A stretch of 64,000 nt of DNA from Arenicellales bacterium (GTDB lineage: Bacteria; Pseudomonadota; Gammaproteobacteria; Arenicellales; Poriferihabitantaceae), in contig OY730442.1 in NCBI GenBank assembly GCA_963422685.1, forward strand, positions 2,317,839 through 2,381,838. Reading direction: 5' to 3'. The translations under genes and the position numbers were made by a program. This document shows positions 30,553-40,203 of the stretch, one piece after another. A model generated the notes under the pieces. That model ran no database searches and was not told where the DNA came from. It saw only the letters and a program-made list of their open reading frames with translations. Every line of letters starts with the position of its first letter. Within the stretch, counting starts at the first letter, position 1.

Positions 30553-31338
30553 TCAACCGCCGAGAAATAACCGCCCAACGTCCGGGTTATCCAGCAGCGC
30601 GTCGCCAGTACCCGCAATGGCGGTTTGCCCCGCGACCAGGACGTAGCCGATGTCGGCAAATTCCAGCCCTTTTTTTGCATTCTGTTCAACCAGAATGATG
30701 GTTTTGCCATGGTGTTTTTGCAGGTCGTCAAGAATCTCAAACACCATGTCGATATATTTTGGTTCTAATCCGATGGACGGTTCATCCACCAGCAGCACCT
30801 TTGGTTTCATTACCAGTGCTCTGGAAATTTCCAACAATCGCCTTTCGCCGCCAGACAACACCCTGGCTGGCTGGTTCCTGCGGTTTCTCAGGCGGTCATA
30901 CTTTGCAAATATTTTCTCCGCTTCCGCATACGCTTGTTCAACGTTGTCCTGCATATACCCACCCATAAGCAAATTTTCCGTCACCGTCATATCCGGAAAA
31001 ACCGAATTGTCCTGGAGAATATAGGCGATGCCTGCGGATTTGAGCTTTTCAGCCGGTGAAAGGTGGGTAATATCGGCTCCATTGATTGCTATCTGGCCGG
31101 AAAAGATGCGGCTAAAGCCGTAAACAGCGTGCAGGATGGTGGACTTGCCCGCGCCGTTTGGGCCGATCAGGCAAAGTGATCGGGCCTTGCTGATGAATAG
31201 ATCCAGGTCATGGATGATCTCCATTTTGCCATAGCCTGCGGTAAGTTTTTTGATGGTTAAATGGGGTTCGCCAGGCGCCAGGTTTTGCAATTCTTCGCGA
31301 GTGGGCGCTGTGCCTAAAGCCGAATACTGATCCGACAT
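30553..31338 (-). CDS. Branched-chain amino acid-type ABC transporter ATPase (LivF-like)
   Basis: GPNGAGKS, LSGGERR, LLVDEPS. Confidence 0.9.
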   Translation of the reverse strand: MSDQYSALGTAPTREELQNLAPGEPHLTIKKLTAGYGKMEIIHDLDLFISKARSLCLIGPNGAGKSTILHAVYGFSRIFSGQIAINGADITHLSPAEKLKSAGIAYILQDNSVFPDMTVTENLLMGGYMQDNVEQAYAEAEKIFAKYDRLRNRRNQPARVLSGGERRLLEISRALVMKPKVLLVDEPSIGLEPKYIDMVFEILDDLQKHHGKTIILVEQNAKKGLEFADIGYVLVAGQTAIAGTGDALLDNPDVGRLFLGG

Positions 31339-32081
31339 TATTGTGCTCCCAGATAAGCGTCGATAACCCGCTGGTCGTTCCTGATTTCATCCGCAGTGCC
31401 CTGGGCAAGCAGTTGCCCATGCGCCAGGCAAAAAATGTTTTGCGCCAGCTTCATAATCACTTTCATATTGTGCTCTATCACCAGCAGGGTAATCCCGAAC
31501 TCATGGTTGGATTTGATTAACCGATCAATAATGCCGTTAATCAAGGTGGGGTTAATCCCGGCGGTGGGTTCATCCAGCAGCAGCATTTTGGGTTCGTTCA
31601 TTAGCGCCATGGCCAATTCCAGCAGTTTTTGCTGGCCAAATGATAAATCTCTGGCCTTGAGCCTGCGTTTTTGATACAGCCCGACAAACTCCAGATGTTT
31701 TTCCGCTTTCTCTGTCAATGCTTTCGGCAGCTTTGAAAAAATGGAAAAAATATTGTGGCTGTGGGGTTTATGACTGATCAGCAGATTTTGCACGCAGTTC
31801 AGATTGCCATAGATCCGGGTTTGCTGAAAGGTTCTGAGCAAACCGCGCTTGGCAATGACCGGGACGGGCAGGTCTGAAACTTCATCGCCTTCAAATCGGA
31901 TCGAGCCTTTGTCGATGGGATGGGTGCCGACAATGGAGTTAAACAAGGTGGTTTTACCCGACCCATTGGGGCCGATCAGGCCGACAATTGATCCTTGCTG
32001 AACCGACAGGGAAATATCTTGATTGGCTTTTACTCCGCCAAAATATTTGTAAACCCCGGTGATTTCTAAAATTTTATCCAT
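31338..32081 (-). CDS. Branched-chain amino acid-type ABC transporter ATPase (LivG-like)
   Basis: GPNGSGKT, LSFGQQK, LLDEPTAG, IEHNM, VIDAYLG. Confidence 0.9.
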   Translation of the reverse strand: MDKILEITGVYKYFGGVKANQDISLSVQQGSIVGLIGPNGSGKTTLFNSIVGTHPIDKGSIRFEGDEVSDLPVPVIAKRGLLRTFQQTRIYGNLNCVQNLLISHKPHSHNIFSIFSKLPKALTEKAEKHLEFVGLYQKRRLKARDLSFGQQKLLELAMALMNEPKMLLLDEPTAGINPTLINGIIDRLIKSNHEFGITLLVIEHNMKVIMKLAQNIFCLAHGQLLAQGTADEIRNDQRVIDAYLGAQ

Positions 32082-32086
32082 GGCAT

Positions 32087-33145
32087 TTATTTTGGCAATT
32101 CAATCGATGCTGCTCTGTCGGCCTCGTCAACCACTTCGCCGAATCGTGCCGGATAGCTCTCTCTGAACCAACCCATCAACCCTTGCGGGAAATAAACCAC
32201 GATGACGACGATTAACAACCCCAGGGCAACGTATTGCCAGCCGAGAAAAAATGTCCAGAAACCTTCCTTGAAAACATGAAAAATTGTCGCGCCGATGACT
32301 GGCCCCCATAGCGTGCCTTTGCCGCCCAGTATGGCCATCAATACCATGAAAACGCCAAAGGTCGATCCGGCGAACGCCACTTCTGTGGGTTCAATATAGC
32401 CAATCATATTTCCCATCAGTCCACCGGCAATGCCAACAAAAAAAGCGGAGATCATCCAGCCGGCAATTTTGTATCGCATGGTGGGAATGCCCATGGCTTC
32501 TGCCTTGTCTTCGTTGTCCCGGATGGCATTAAGCGTCAGCCCGAACCGGGTTTGATACGCCCATCGCAAGAACAGGAATGTACCTGTCAATAATGCCAGA
32601 CACAGATAGTAGAAAAATTCCGAGCGGAATTCGGTATCGCCGATATTTTTCGGCCAGGGCGGGGTGGTCATGCCCTGGCCGGCGCCGATCAATTCGATAC
32701 CGCCTGCTATTTCTCCCGCGGCGATGCCAAGTCCAAGCGTACAGATAGCGAAATAATGCCCGCGCAAACCTAAAATACCATAGCCAATCACACCGGCCAC
32801 AATCATGGGCACAATCCCGGCGCACAACAGCCCGACCAGCAGCCCCTGAAAATATTGATCGGAAGTATGGATAAATGTTTTTTCACCGCCGCCCGCAGTC
32901 CATTCGGCCAGAGGGAAAAACAGGCCAATCTGGATGCTTGCGCACAAATACATGCCCACACCGAAAAACAGAATGTTGCCAAAGGTGTTGTACCCCATCT
33001 GCCCGCCCTGCACATCCCAGGTCAGCGCTAGGATGATCAACACCCATAAAAACGAAAACTGCAATTTAAATGCCGGGAAAAGATGCGGTGCGCTCAGCAC
33101 AAAAATCAACAGCCCGCCGTATAAAAGCAAGTTGCGCCCGTTCAT
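32087..33145 (-). CDS. ABC transporter permease (LivM-like)
   Basis: GLRGHYFAICTLG, AIRDNEDKAEAMGI, GGKGTLWGPVIG. Confidence 0.9.
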   Translation of the reverse strand: MNGRNLLLYGGLLIFVLSAPHLFPAFKLQFSFLWVLIILALTWDVQGGQMGYNTFGNILFFGVGMYLCASIQIGLFFPLAEWTAGGGEKTFIHTSDQYFQGLLVGLLCAGIVPMIVAGVIGYGILGLRGHYFAICTLGLGIAAGEIAGGIELIGAGQGMTTPPWPKNIGDTEFRSEFFYYLCLALLTGTFLFLRWAYQTRFGLTLNAIRDNEDKAEAMGIPTMRYKIAGWMISAFFVGIAGGLMGNMIGYIEPTEVAFAGSTFGVFMVLMAILGGKGTLWGPVIGATIFHVFKEGFWTFFLGWQYVALGLLIVVIVVYFPQGLMGWFRESYPARFGEVVDEADRAASIELPK

Positions 33146-34035
33146 TGCAGGTACTGTCGCTTGCGTGATAATTTGAATCGCCTGAACACCAGTATCAGCA
33201 CCAGCAATAAAAACACCGAGCCGATTCGAAACTCCGTTCCCAGGATGTAGTCGGCGAACTCTTCGAATACCCCCAGCCCCATCCCCGACAATGCGACCCC
33301 GGGCAGATTACCCAGACCGGCGATAATGACAATCATGAATGACCTCACTGTATACGGCAGGCCCACATAGGGGTGGAGCGTAAAAGTGATGGCAATCAGT
33401 GCGCCGGCCACACCGCACAGCGCGGCGTTAATGCCGAATGTGGCGGCATAAACCCGTTCGGTATCAACGCCTAAAATTTTCGCGGCGCGAGGGTTCTGGG
33501 CGGTTGCTCTGATCGCCCGCCCCAATCTGGATTTTTTCATATAGAGCACCAAGGCGATGGCGAACAATACACTGACCGCCGCTGAGAATATCTTTGCATT
33601 GGGCAAGGTAACCGACCCGTCAAGCATAATAGTGGTGCCAAAATCAGATTGTGCCACAACCACATCCGCACCGAATAGAAAATTCATTAGCTGCTGGGTC
33701 AGGATGCTGATGCCAAAGGTGGCCAGAATTGATGTGAACAGATCTCTGTCCACCACCCGGTTGATGATTGATTTATATAAACCCCAGCCGACGAAATACA
33801 TGATTATGGGGGATACGATCACACCGAACCCGGGGTGTATGCCGATGCTGTACATGAAGTAGGCGATGTAGCCGCCTAAAATAACCAGCTCACCCTGGGC
33901 GATGTTGATGATATTCATTACTCCCCATTGCAGGGCCATGCCGTAGGCAATCAATGCAAAAAGAATTCCCAGCAAGGCACCATCCACAGTGGCCTGGACC
34001 ATTAATATGGGTGCTTTGAAGATTAGAAAATCCAT
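33142..34035 (-). CDS. ABC transporter permease (LivH-like)
   Basis: GVMNIINIAQGE, GRAIRATAQN, IIAGLGN. Confidence 0.9.
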   Translation of the reverse strand: MDFLIFKAPILMVQATVDGALLGILFALIAYGMALQWGVMNIINIAQGELVILGGYIAYFMYSIGIHPGFGVIVSPIIMYFVGWGLYKSIINRVVDRDLFTSILATFGISILTQQLMNFLFGADVVVAQSDFGTTIMLDGSVTLPNAKIFSAAVSVLFAIALVLYMKKSRLGRAIRATAQNPRAAKILGVDTERVYAATFGINAALCGVAGALIAITFTLHPYVGLPYTVRSFMIVIIAGLGNLPGVALSGMGLGVFEEFADYILGTEFRIGSVFLLLVLILVFRRFKLSRKRQYLQ

Positions 34036-34046
34036 TAAAAAATCAT

Positions 34047-34075
34047 AAAAAATGCCCTCTTTAACGAGGGCATTT
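34047..34075 (-). terminator. Intrinsic terminator or stabilising hairpin between the binding-protein gene and the permease gene
   Basis: Minus strand AAATGCCCTC-GTTAAA-GAGGGCATTT-TTT. Confidence 0.6.
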
Positions 34076-34108
34076 GTAATAGGCTGGCGGTGTTATGGCG
34101 TTATGAAA

Positions 34109-35347
34109 TTACCTTTCTGACCATTTCGGAATGGGGTGAACCAGTTCGGCGGCGGCCCATCTGGTGGGTGCGACCACCAGATTCTGGCAATTATCGCCGT
34201 CGCATCTAACCTGAAACAGCACCATGGGTTTGGCGATATTTTGCCCGGACTCGGCGAATTTCACATTGCCATAAAACGTTTGCATATCTGTGGTGGCCAG
34301 GGCATCCCGCACTTTTTCCTTGTCAAAAGAATCAGCGCGTTCGAATGCGTCTTTATAAACCAGCAGCGCGGCGGAAGATTCCGCGGCCTGATACGGTGGC
34401 GCATAGTCGAACGCGGCGGTGAACTCTTCATCATACCGGGTGCCATTACCGAAAAATTTATCGCTGTAGCTCAAGGATTTATGCCATTGTGCGGCGCACA
34501 GCGCGTACTCGGATTTTTGCCCATGTTGTTCCGCAAGCTTGGAAGCATCGCAATGGGTCATCGCCAGCATGGGTACGTCTACCTGCATTTCCGAAATTTG
34601 CCTGATGGCCGTGAGCGCGCCTTTGGAATGCCCGGACACCACCAATACATCCGGTTTTGTCGCCTTGACTTTGGACAGCGTGGCGGCCATGTCATTCAGT
34701 TCCTTTGGCAGCTTGTCATCGATAATAATCTTCGACCCGGTTCTTTCAGCCGCATCCACAACCCCAAGCCGCACGTCCTGGGAAAATGCATCCTGTTCAA
34801 ATGCCATGGCGATGTTCACCGGATTCCCATCATTTTTTGCAACCGCCAGATCAATGGCCACTTCGAGATATTGATTTGCGGCAGATAATACGGCGAACAA
34901 ATATTTATACCCTTTCGTGAACAATGATCGGGATGCGCCATTGGCCTCAACCATTGGAATCTGATTCTCCTCGGTGACCGGGGCCATTGCCTTGGTCAGG
35001 CCGGAACTGTAGGGGCCAAGCATATACTGCACGCCATCCTGTTTGATCAGCCTTTCTGCAAGCTGGGCGGCGCGCCCGGAGTTGGATTCATCATCGTAGT
35101 AAACGACTTTGAATTTATAGGATTTGCCGTTCACACTGACCCCACCCATGTCGTTTATCCGGTTTACCGCAAACTCATATCCATTTTTGGTATGTTTGCC
35201 ATTAGTGGAATATTTCCCGGTAAGAGAAACCGCCGCCCCCAGGATTATGGTGTCTCCTTCCACCCTGGCGATGGACGTTGATGTGGCGCCAATCAACAGG
35301 CCCAGGGCGGATATGAAGGTTAAAGCCAGTTTATAAATATTTCTCAT
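34109..35347 (-). CDS. Amino acid ABC transporter periplasmic binding protein (LivK/PBP1 family)
   Basis: Signal peptide, LGAAVSLTGKY, YDDES, LGPYSSGLT. Confidence 0.9.
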   Translation of the reverse strand: MRNIYKLALTFISALGLLIGATSTSIARVEGDTIILGAAVSLTGKYSTNGKHTKNGYEFAVNRINDMGGVSVNGKSYKFKVVYYDDESNSGRAAQLAERLIKQDGVQYMLGPYSSGLTKAMAPVTEENQIPMVEANGASRSLFTKGYKYLFAVLSAANQYLEVAIDLAVAKNDGNPVNIAMAFEQDAFSQDVRLGVVDAAERTGSKIIIDDKLPKELNDMAATLSKVKATKPDVLVVSGHSKGALTAIRQISEMQVDVPMLAMTHCDASKLAEQHGQKSEYALCAAQWHKSLSYSDKFFGNGTRYDEEFTAAFDYAPPYQAAESSAALLVYKDAFERADSFDKEKVRDALATTDMQTFYGNVKFAESGQNIAKPMVLFQVRCDGDNCQNLVVAPTRWAAAELVHPIPKWSER

Positions 35348-35539
35348 TATGCAATCCTCTGTTGGTGTTGCGCGTTATTTAACTACTATAAAAAATAAAT
35401 TACAACCATGGTATTGGTGATTGTCGATGCTGCATAAACTGCCCGCTCATGCAGCGCATAATGTGTCCGGGTTCACTGTTTTGTGATCCATCCCTGGCTG
35501 GGAAAGACCATAAATTGACAAATTAAAGTTAAACCAAAT

Positions 35540-35575
35540 GCCGCCAAACCCGGGTTCGCCGCCAAACCCGGGTTC
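35540..35575. repeat. Perfect 18-bp tandem duplication, each unit containing the palindrome AACCCGGGTT
   Basis: GCCGCCAAACCCGGGTTC x2, upstream of TATAAT (35591-35596). Confidence 0.8.
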
Positions 35576-35619
35576 ATTGAATTCACCATTTATAATGTGT
35601 ACACTCCCGCGCTCCCGGC

Positions 35620-35696
35620 AGGCGCGTAGCTCAGTTGGTTAGAGCACCACCTTGACATGGTGGGGGTCGGTGGTTCGAATCCACTCGTGCCTACCA
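35620..35696 (+). tRNA. tRNA-Val(GAC)
   Basis: Anticodon arm CCACC-TTGACAT-GGTGG, GGTTCGAAT T-loop, CCA end. Confidence 0.95.
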
Positions 35697-35768
35697 GATT
35701 CCCCGATTTTTAAATTTTTTAATAACATGCGTTCTTTGGTATGGAACGCCACTGACCTCAATGACCCA

Positions 35769-37667
35769 ATGCCTGAAATATCCCTTGCTGACGGTTCTGT
35801 CCGCGCATACGACAATCCATTAACCATCGCCGATGTGGCGGCTGATATCGGGCCTGGCCTGGCCAGGGCTGCGCTTGCCGGGAAGTTGAATGGTGAACTC
35901 GTGGATACCAGCACGCTGCTTGAGGATGACTGTAAATTAACGATCATTACGTCCAGGGATGAAGAAGGTCTGGCCGTGATTCGCCATTCCACCGCGCATC
36001 TGCTGGCGCAGGCGGTGAAACAGCTTTTCCCCCGGGCGCAGGTGACGATTGGTCCGGTTATCGAGAATGGGTTTTATTATGATTTTTCCTATGCGCCCGG
36101 ATTTTCCGAACATGATCTGGCCGCCATCGAAAAACGTATGATGGAATTGGCCAGGGCGGATTATCCGGTAGAACGATCAATAATGGCCCGGGATGATGCG
36201 GTGCGGTATTTTAAAAATCAGGGCGAGATGTATAAAGCCGAAATCATTGCCGGCATCCCGCAACAGCAGGTGGTCTCCTTATATGGACAGAACGATTTCG
36301 TTGATTTATGCCGCGGGCCCCATGTGCCGAGCACGGGGCATCTGCGCGCATTCAAGTTAATGAAGATTGCCGGGGCGTATTGGCGCGGGGATTCGAAAAA
36401 TGAAATGCTGCAACGAATTTATGGCACGGCATGGGTCGACAGGAAACAGTTGAAATCCTATTTGCTGCAACTCAAACAAGCGGAAAAACGTGATCACCGG
36501 AAGCTGGGAAAACAGTTGAATTTATTCCACATGCAGGAAGAGGCGCCGGGCATGGTGTTCTGGCATCCCAGAGGCTGGGCATTGTACCAGGTGTTACAGC
36601 AATATATGCGCACTGAACAACATAAACGAAATTACCGGGAAATCAATACTCCGCAGGTTGTGGACTTTTCCTTATGGCAGCGTTCAGGTCATGCGGACAA
36701 GTTTGGTGATGATATGTTTTCGGTGCAGTCAGAAGGGCGTGACTTTGCGCTGAAACCGATGAATTGCCCGTGCCATGTCCAGGTATTTAATCAGGGGCTG
36801 AAAAGTTACCGCGATTTGCCTTTGCGATTTGCCGAGTTTGGGTCGTGTCATCGTAATGAACTGTCTGGTGCACTGCATGGCTTGATGCGGGTTCGCGGGT
36901 TTGTTCAGGATGATGGGCATATTTTTTGTACTGAAGATCAAATTCAAAGCGAAGTGGGCGAATTTATTGATTTTCTCCATCATGTCTACCGGGAATTGGG
37001 CTTTACCGATGTCCTCTATCGTCTTTCTACCCGACCAGAGAATCGCGTTGGCGATGAACAAAACTGGGATAAAGCCGAAGCCGCGCTGGCCCAGGCGCTG
37101 GATGATAAAAACCTGCCATGGAAAACGCTGCAGGGGGAAGGTGCGTTCTATGGCCCGAAGATTGAGTTTTCGTTGCAAGACAGTATTGGCAGGATTTGGC
37201 AGTGCGGCACCATGCAGGTGGACTTTGCAATGCCGGGCCGGCTCGACGCGCAGTACGTAGCCGAAGACGGTGCTCGCAAAACCCCGGTGATGTTACACCG
37301 TGCATTGCTCGGTGCATTTGAGCGCTTCATCGGCATTCTGACCGAGCATTGGGAAGGAAAATTCCCGGTCTGGCTTGCGCCTGTGCAGGCGATGGTGATG
37401 AATATTACGGACAAACAGGCGAAATACGTGGAGGGAATCGAAAACAACTTGAAAAAACAGGGGTTCAGGGTGGAATCGGACTTGAGAAACGAAAAGATCG
37501 GCTTTAAAATCCGCGAGCACACGTTGCAGCGCATCCCGTATCTGCTGGTTGCAGGGGAGCGGGAAGTTGCAACAAATTCCATAGCCGTTCGGACGCAGGG
37601 TGGAGAAAATCTTGGAACCATGCCTGTTGAGCAATTCATTACAGATTGTCTGGGTAGTGAGGCTTGA
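35769..37667 (+). CDS. thrS: Threonine--tRNA ligase
   Basis: [41 protein letters not shown]-like MLHRA. Confidence 0.97.
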   Translation: MPEISLADGSVRAYDNPLTIADVAADIGPGLARAALAGKLNGELVDTSTLLEDDCKLTIITSRDEEGLAVIRHSTAHLLAQAVKQLFPRAQVTIGPVIENGFYYDFSYAPGFSEHDLAAIEKRMMELARADYPVERSIMARDDAVRYFKNQGEMYKAEIIAGIPQQQVVSLYGQNDFVDLCRGPHVPSTGHLRAFKLMKIAGAYWRGDSKNEMLQRIYGTAWVDRKQLKSYLLQLKQAEKRDHRKLGKQLNLFHMQEEAPGMVFWHPRGWALYQVLQQYMRTEQHKRNYREINTPQVVDFSLWQRSGHADKFGDDMFSVQSEGRDFALKPMNCPCHVQVFNQGLKSYRDLPLRFAEFGSCHRNELSGALHGLMRVRGFVQDDGHIFCTEDQIQSEVGEFIDFLHHVYRELGFTDVLYRLSTRPENRVGDEQNWDKAEAALAQALDDKNLPWKTLQGEGAFYGPKIEFSLQDSIGRIWQCGTMQVDFAMPGRLDAQYVAEDGARKTPVMLHRALLGAFERFIGILTEHWEGKFPVWLAPVQAMVMNITDKQAKYVEGIENNLKKQGFRVESDLRNEKIGFKIREHTLQRIPYLLVAGEREVATNSIAVRTQGGENLGTMPVEQFITDCLGSEA

Positions 37668-37762
37668 ATATCACAACAGGTGTGGCCGGAGCATTGCACC
37701 CGTCACCAGTCGGCATGGCCTGTTGTCTGGGGGCCAGGCTAACATTAGTTGAGGAAAAAGAT

Positions 37763-38281
37763 ATAGCAAGACAAAAGCAGATTTATATAAACGATCAAAT
37801 TAAAAGCGATCCGGTACGGGTGATTGGCAGCGATGGCAGGCAATTGGGCATAATTTCACGCAGGGAAGCCCTGGATATTGCCGAACAGGCCAGCCTTGAT
37901 CTTGTAGAGATTTCGCCCAACGCGAACCCGCCGGTGTGCCGCGTGATGGACTACGGAAAGTATTTATATAGTCAAAGCAAGAAACGCCATGATGCCAAAA
38001 AGAAACAGAAACAGGTCACCGTTAAAGAGATCAAATTTCGTCCGGGAACGGATGTGGGTGATTATGATATTAAAGTCAGAAAACTGACCGAGTTTCTCGA
38101 AGCGGGAAATAAAACAAAAGTCACCATGAGGTTTAGAGGTCGGGAAATGGCGCATAAGGAACTCGGTCTGGTGATGCTGAATCGGGTTGAGAAAGACCTA
38201 GAAGAGATTGCTGAAGTAGAGCAGATGCCCGCACTGGAAGGTCGACAGATGGTAATGCTGCTGTCGCCCAAAAAGACCTGA
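37763..38281 (+). CDS. infC: Translation initiation factor IF-3 (probable non-canonical ATA start)
   Basis: [34 protein letters not shown]; GAGGA Shine-Dalgarno at 37751 upstream of ATA. Confidence 0.93.
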   Translation: MARQKQIYINDQIKSDPVRVIGSDGRQLGIISRREALDIAEQASLDLVEISPNANPPVCRVMDYGKYLYSQSKKRHDAKKKQKQVTVKEIKFRPGTDVGDYDIKVRKLTEFLEAGNKTKVTMRFRGREMAHKELGLVMLNRVEKDLEEIAEVEQMPALEGRQMVMLLSPKKT

Positions 38282-38457
38282 GATAAGGCCGGAGCGGGAC
38301 CAGAGCAAAGCCGGAGCGAATTTAACTCCCCGACAAAAATACATTAAATATTTGTATACAAGGCGAGAAGTAGTCCATTCCAGAACTACCATCGTCATTA
38401 GTTCATTGCAGTCACATGGTTATACAGACAAAAGCGGCTGAAATACTGGAGTAAAAG

Positions 38458-38655
38458 ATGCCAAAACTTAAAACCAATCGGGGTGCTGGGAAGCGCTTCA
38501 AGCGCACAGCCACTGGAAAGTTCAAGCGCTCCCAATCGCATTTACGTCATATCCTGACCAAGAAATCCACCAAGCGGAAGCGCCATCTTCGTTCCGGGGC
38601 GTTGATTAATGCCGCGGACCAGGCCGCTGTCAGGCAACTGCTTCCATACGCCTGA
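38458..38655 (+). CDS. rpmI: 50S ribosomal protein L35
   Basis: [17 protein letters not shown]...[15 protein letters not shown]. Confidence 0.97.
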   Translation: MPKLKTNRGAGKRFKRTATGKFKRSQSHLRHILTKKSTKRKRHLRSGALINAADQAAVRQLLPYA

Positions 38656-38671
38656 ATCAGAGATCAAGAAT

Positions 38672-39031
38672 ATGCCAAGAGTAAAAAGAGGGGTGACCGC
38701 AAAAGCCCGTCATGCAAAAGTATTGAAGCAGGCCAAAGGTTATCGTGGTGCGCGAAGTCGTTTATATAAAGTGGCCAGGCAGGCAGTGGATAAAGCGGGG
38801 CAATATGCGTATCGTGACCGCCGCCAGCGTAAACGCCAATTTCGCGCATTGTGGGTGGTGCGTATTAACGCAGAAGCGCGCAATAATGGAATGAGCTACA
38901 GCCGACTGATTGCCGGGTTGAACAAGGCGGCCGTCGCGCTGGACCGTAAAGTGCTGGCCGATATGGCGGTTAACGACAAACCCGCATTTGGTAAACTGGT
39001 AGAGCAAGCCAAACACGCCCTGGCAGGCTAA
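38672..39031 (+). CDS. rplT: 50S ribosomal protein L20
   Basis: MPRVKRG...AKGYRGARS...[17 protein letters not shown]. Confidence 0.97.
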   Translation: MPRVKRGVTAKARHAKVLKQAKGYRGARSRLYKVARQAVDKAGQYAYRDRRQRKRQFRALWVVRINAEARNNGMSYSRLIAGLNKAAVALDRKVLADMAVNDKPAFGKLVEQAKHALAG

Positions 39032-39151
39032 ATATTTGTAGTATGTAAAAAGGCTTGTCAGGAGTCTTTGTTTTCCGCAGAGGTCTGTGTCACCCCCAGT
39101 ATCTGAATTCGGATTAGATCATAACTATCTGATTCAAAATAGTATCAAATT

Positions 39152-40201
39152 GTGCCTGATCCCCAACTAAACCTGGCCGAGCATTCTTTGGATCAGATCC
39201 GGTCGTCTGCCGGGAGCGCAATTGACCAGGCGCAGTCATTGTCAGATTTGGCAACCCTGCGTGTTCGATATCTGGGTAAAAAAGGCATGATCACCGCACA
39301 GCTAAAACGCATCGGCGGGCTGCCCCCTGAACAGCGCAAAGGATTTGGTCAGGAAGCGAACCTGATCAAAGCGCAGATTGTCCATTGGCTGGAAGAGAAA
39401 CGTGAAAAACTCGAAGCATTGGCGATTGCCAGTCAGCTCGAAAATGAACGAATTGATGTGACTCAACCGGGCAGGGGGCAGGTTGCCGGGACATTGCATC
39501 CGATTTCGCGCTCCCTCAATCGCATAGAAAACATTTTTGACCGCCTGGGATTTGATATTGCTACCGGGCCGGAGATTGAAGATGATTTTCATAATTTTAC
39601 AGCGCTCAACATTCCCGAAAACCACCCGGCACGGGCAATGCACGATACATTCTATATTGATGCAGGCATTGTGTTGCGCACCCATACCTCCACGGTGCAA
39701 ATCCGTTATATGGAAAATCATGCACCGCCGATTCGAGTGATTGCGCCGGGCCGGGTGTATCGTTGCGATTCAGACGTCACTCATACCCCGATGTTTCATC
39801 AATTGGAATGTCTGGCGGTGGACAGGGCGATTACCTTTGCCGACCTGAAGGGTGTGCTAACCCATTTTATTCATGAGTTCTTCGAGCAGGATCTTCAACT
39901 TCGATTTCGGCCTTCTTATTTTCCATTTACAGAACCCTCCGCGGAATTAGACATTGGCTGCCTGTTTTGCCAAAGCAAAGGATGCCGGGTTTGCAGTCAC
40001 AGCGGATGGCTGGAGGTATTAGGCTGCGGCATGGTTCACCCAGAGGTGCTGCGCCATGGCGGCATAGACGGCGAAAAATATACCGGGTACGCATTCGGCC
40101 TGGGGGTAGAGCGGCTAACCATGCTGCGCTATGGGGTGAACGACCTGCGCTTGTTTTTCAGTAATGATCTTGCGTTTCTGCGGCAGTTTCAGGGAATGTA
40201 A
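39152..40201 (+). CDS. pheS: Phenylalanine--tRNA ligase alpha subunit
   Basis: [45 protein letters not shown]. Confidence 0.97.
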   Translation: MPDPQLNLAEHSLDQIRSSAGSAIDQAQSLSDLATLRVRYLGKKGMITAQLKRIGGLPPEQRKGFGQEANLIKAQIVHWLEEKREKLEALAIASQLENERIDVTQPGRGQVAGTLHPISRSLNRIENIFDRLGFDIATGPEIEDDFHNFTALNIPENHPARAMHDTFYIDAGIVLRTHTSTVQIRYMENHAPPIRVIAPGRVYRCDSDVTHTPMFHQLECLAVDRAITFADLKGVLTHFIHEFFEQDLQLRFRPSYFPFTEPSAELDIGCLFCQSKGCRVCSHSGWLEVLGCGMVHPEVLRHGGIDGEKYTGYAFGLGVERLTMLRYGVNDLRLFFSNDLAFLRQFQGM

Positions 40202-40203
40202 AT

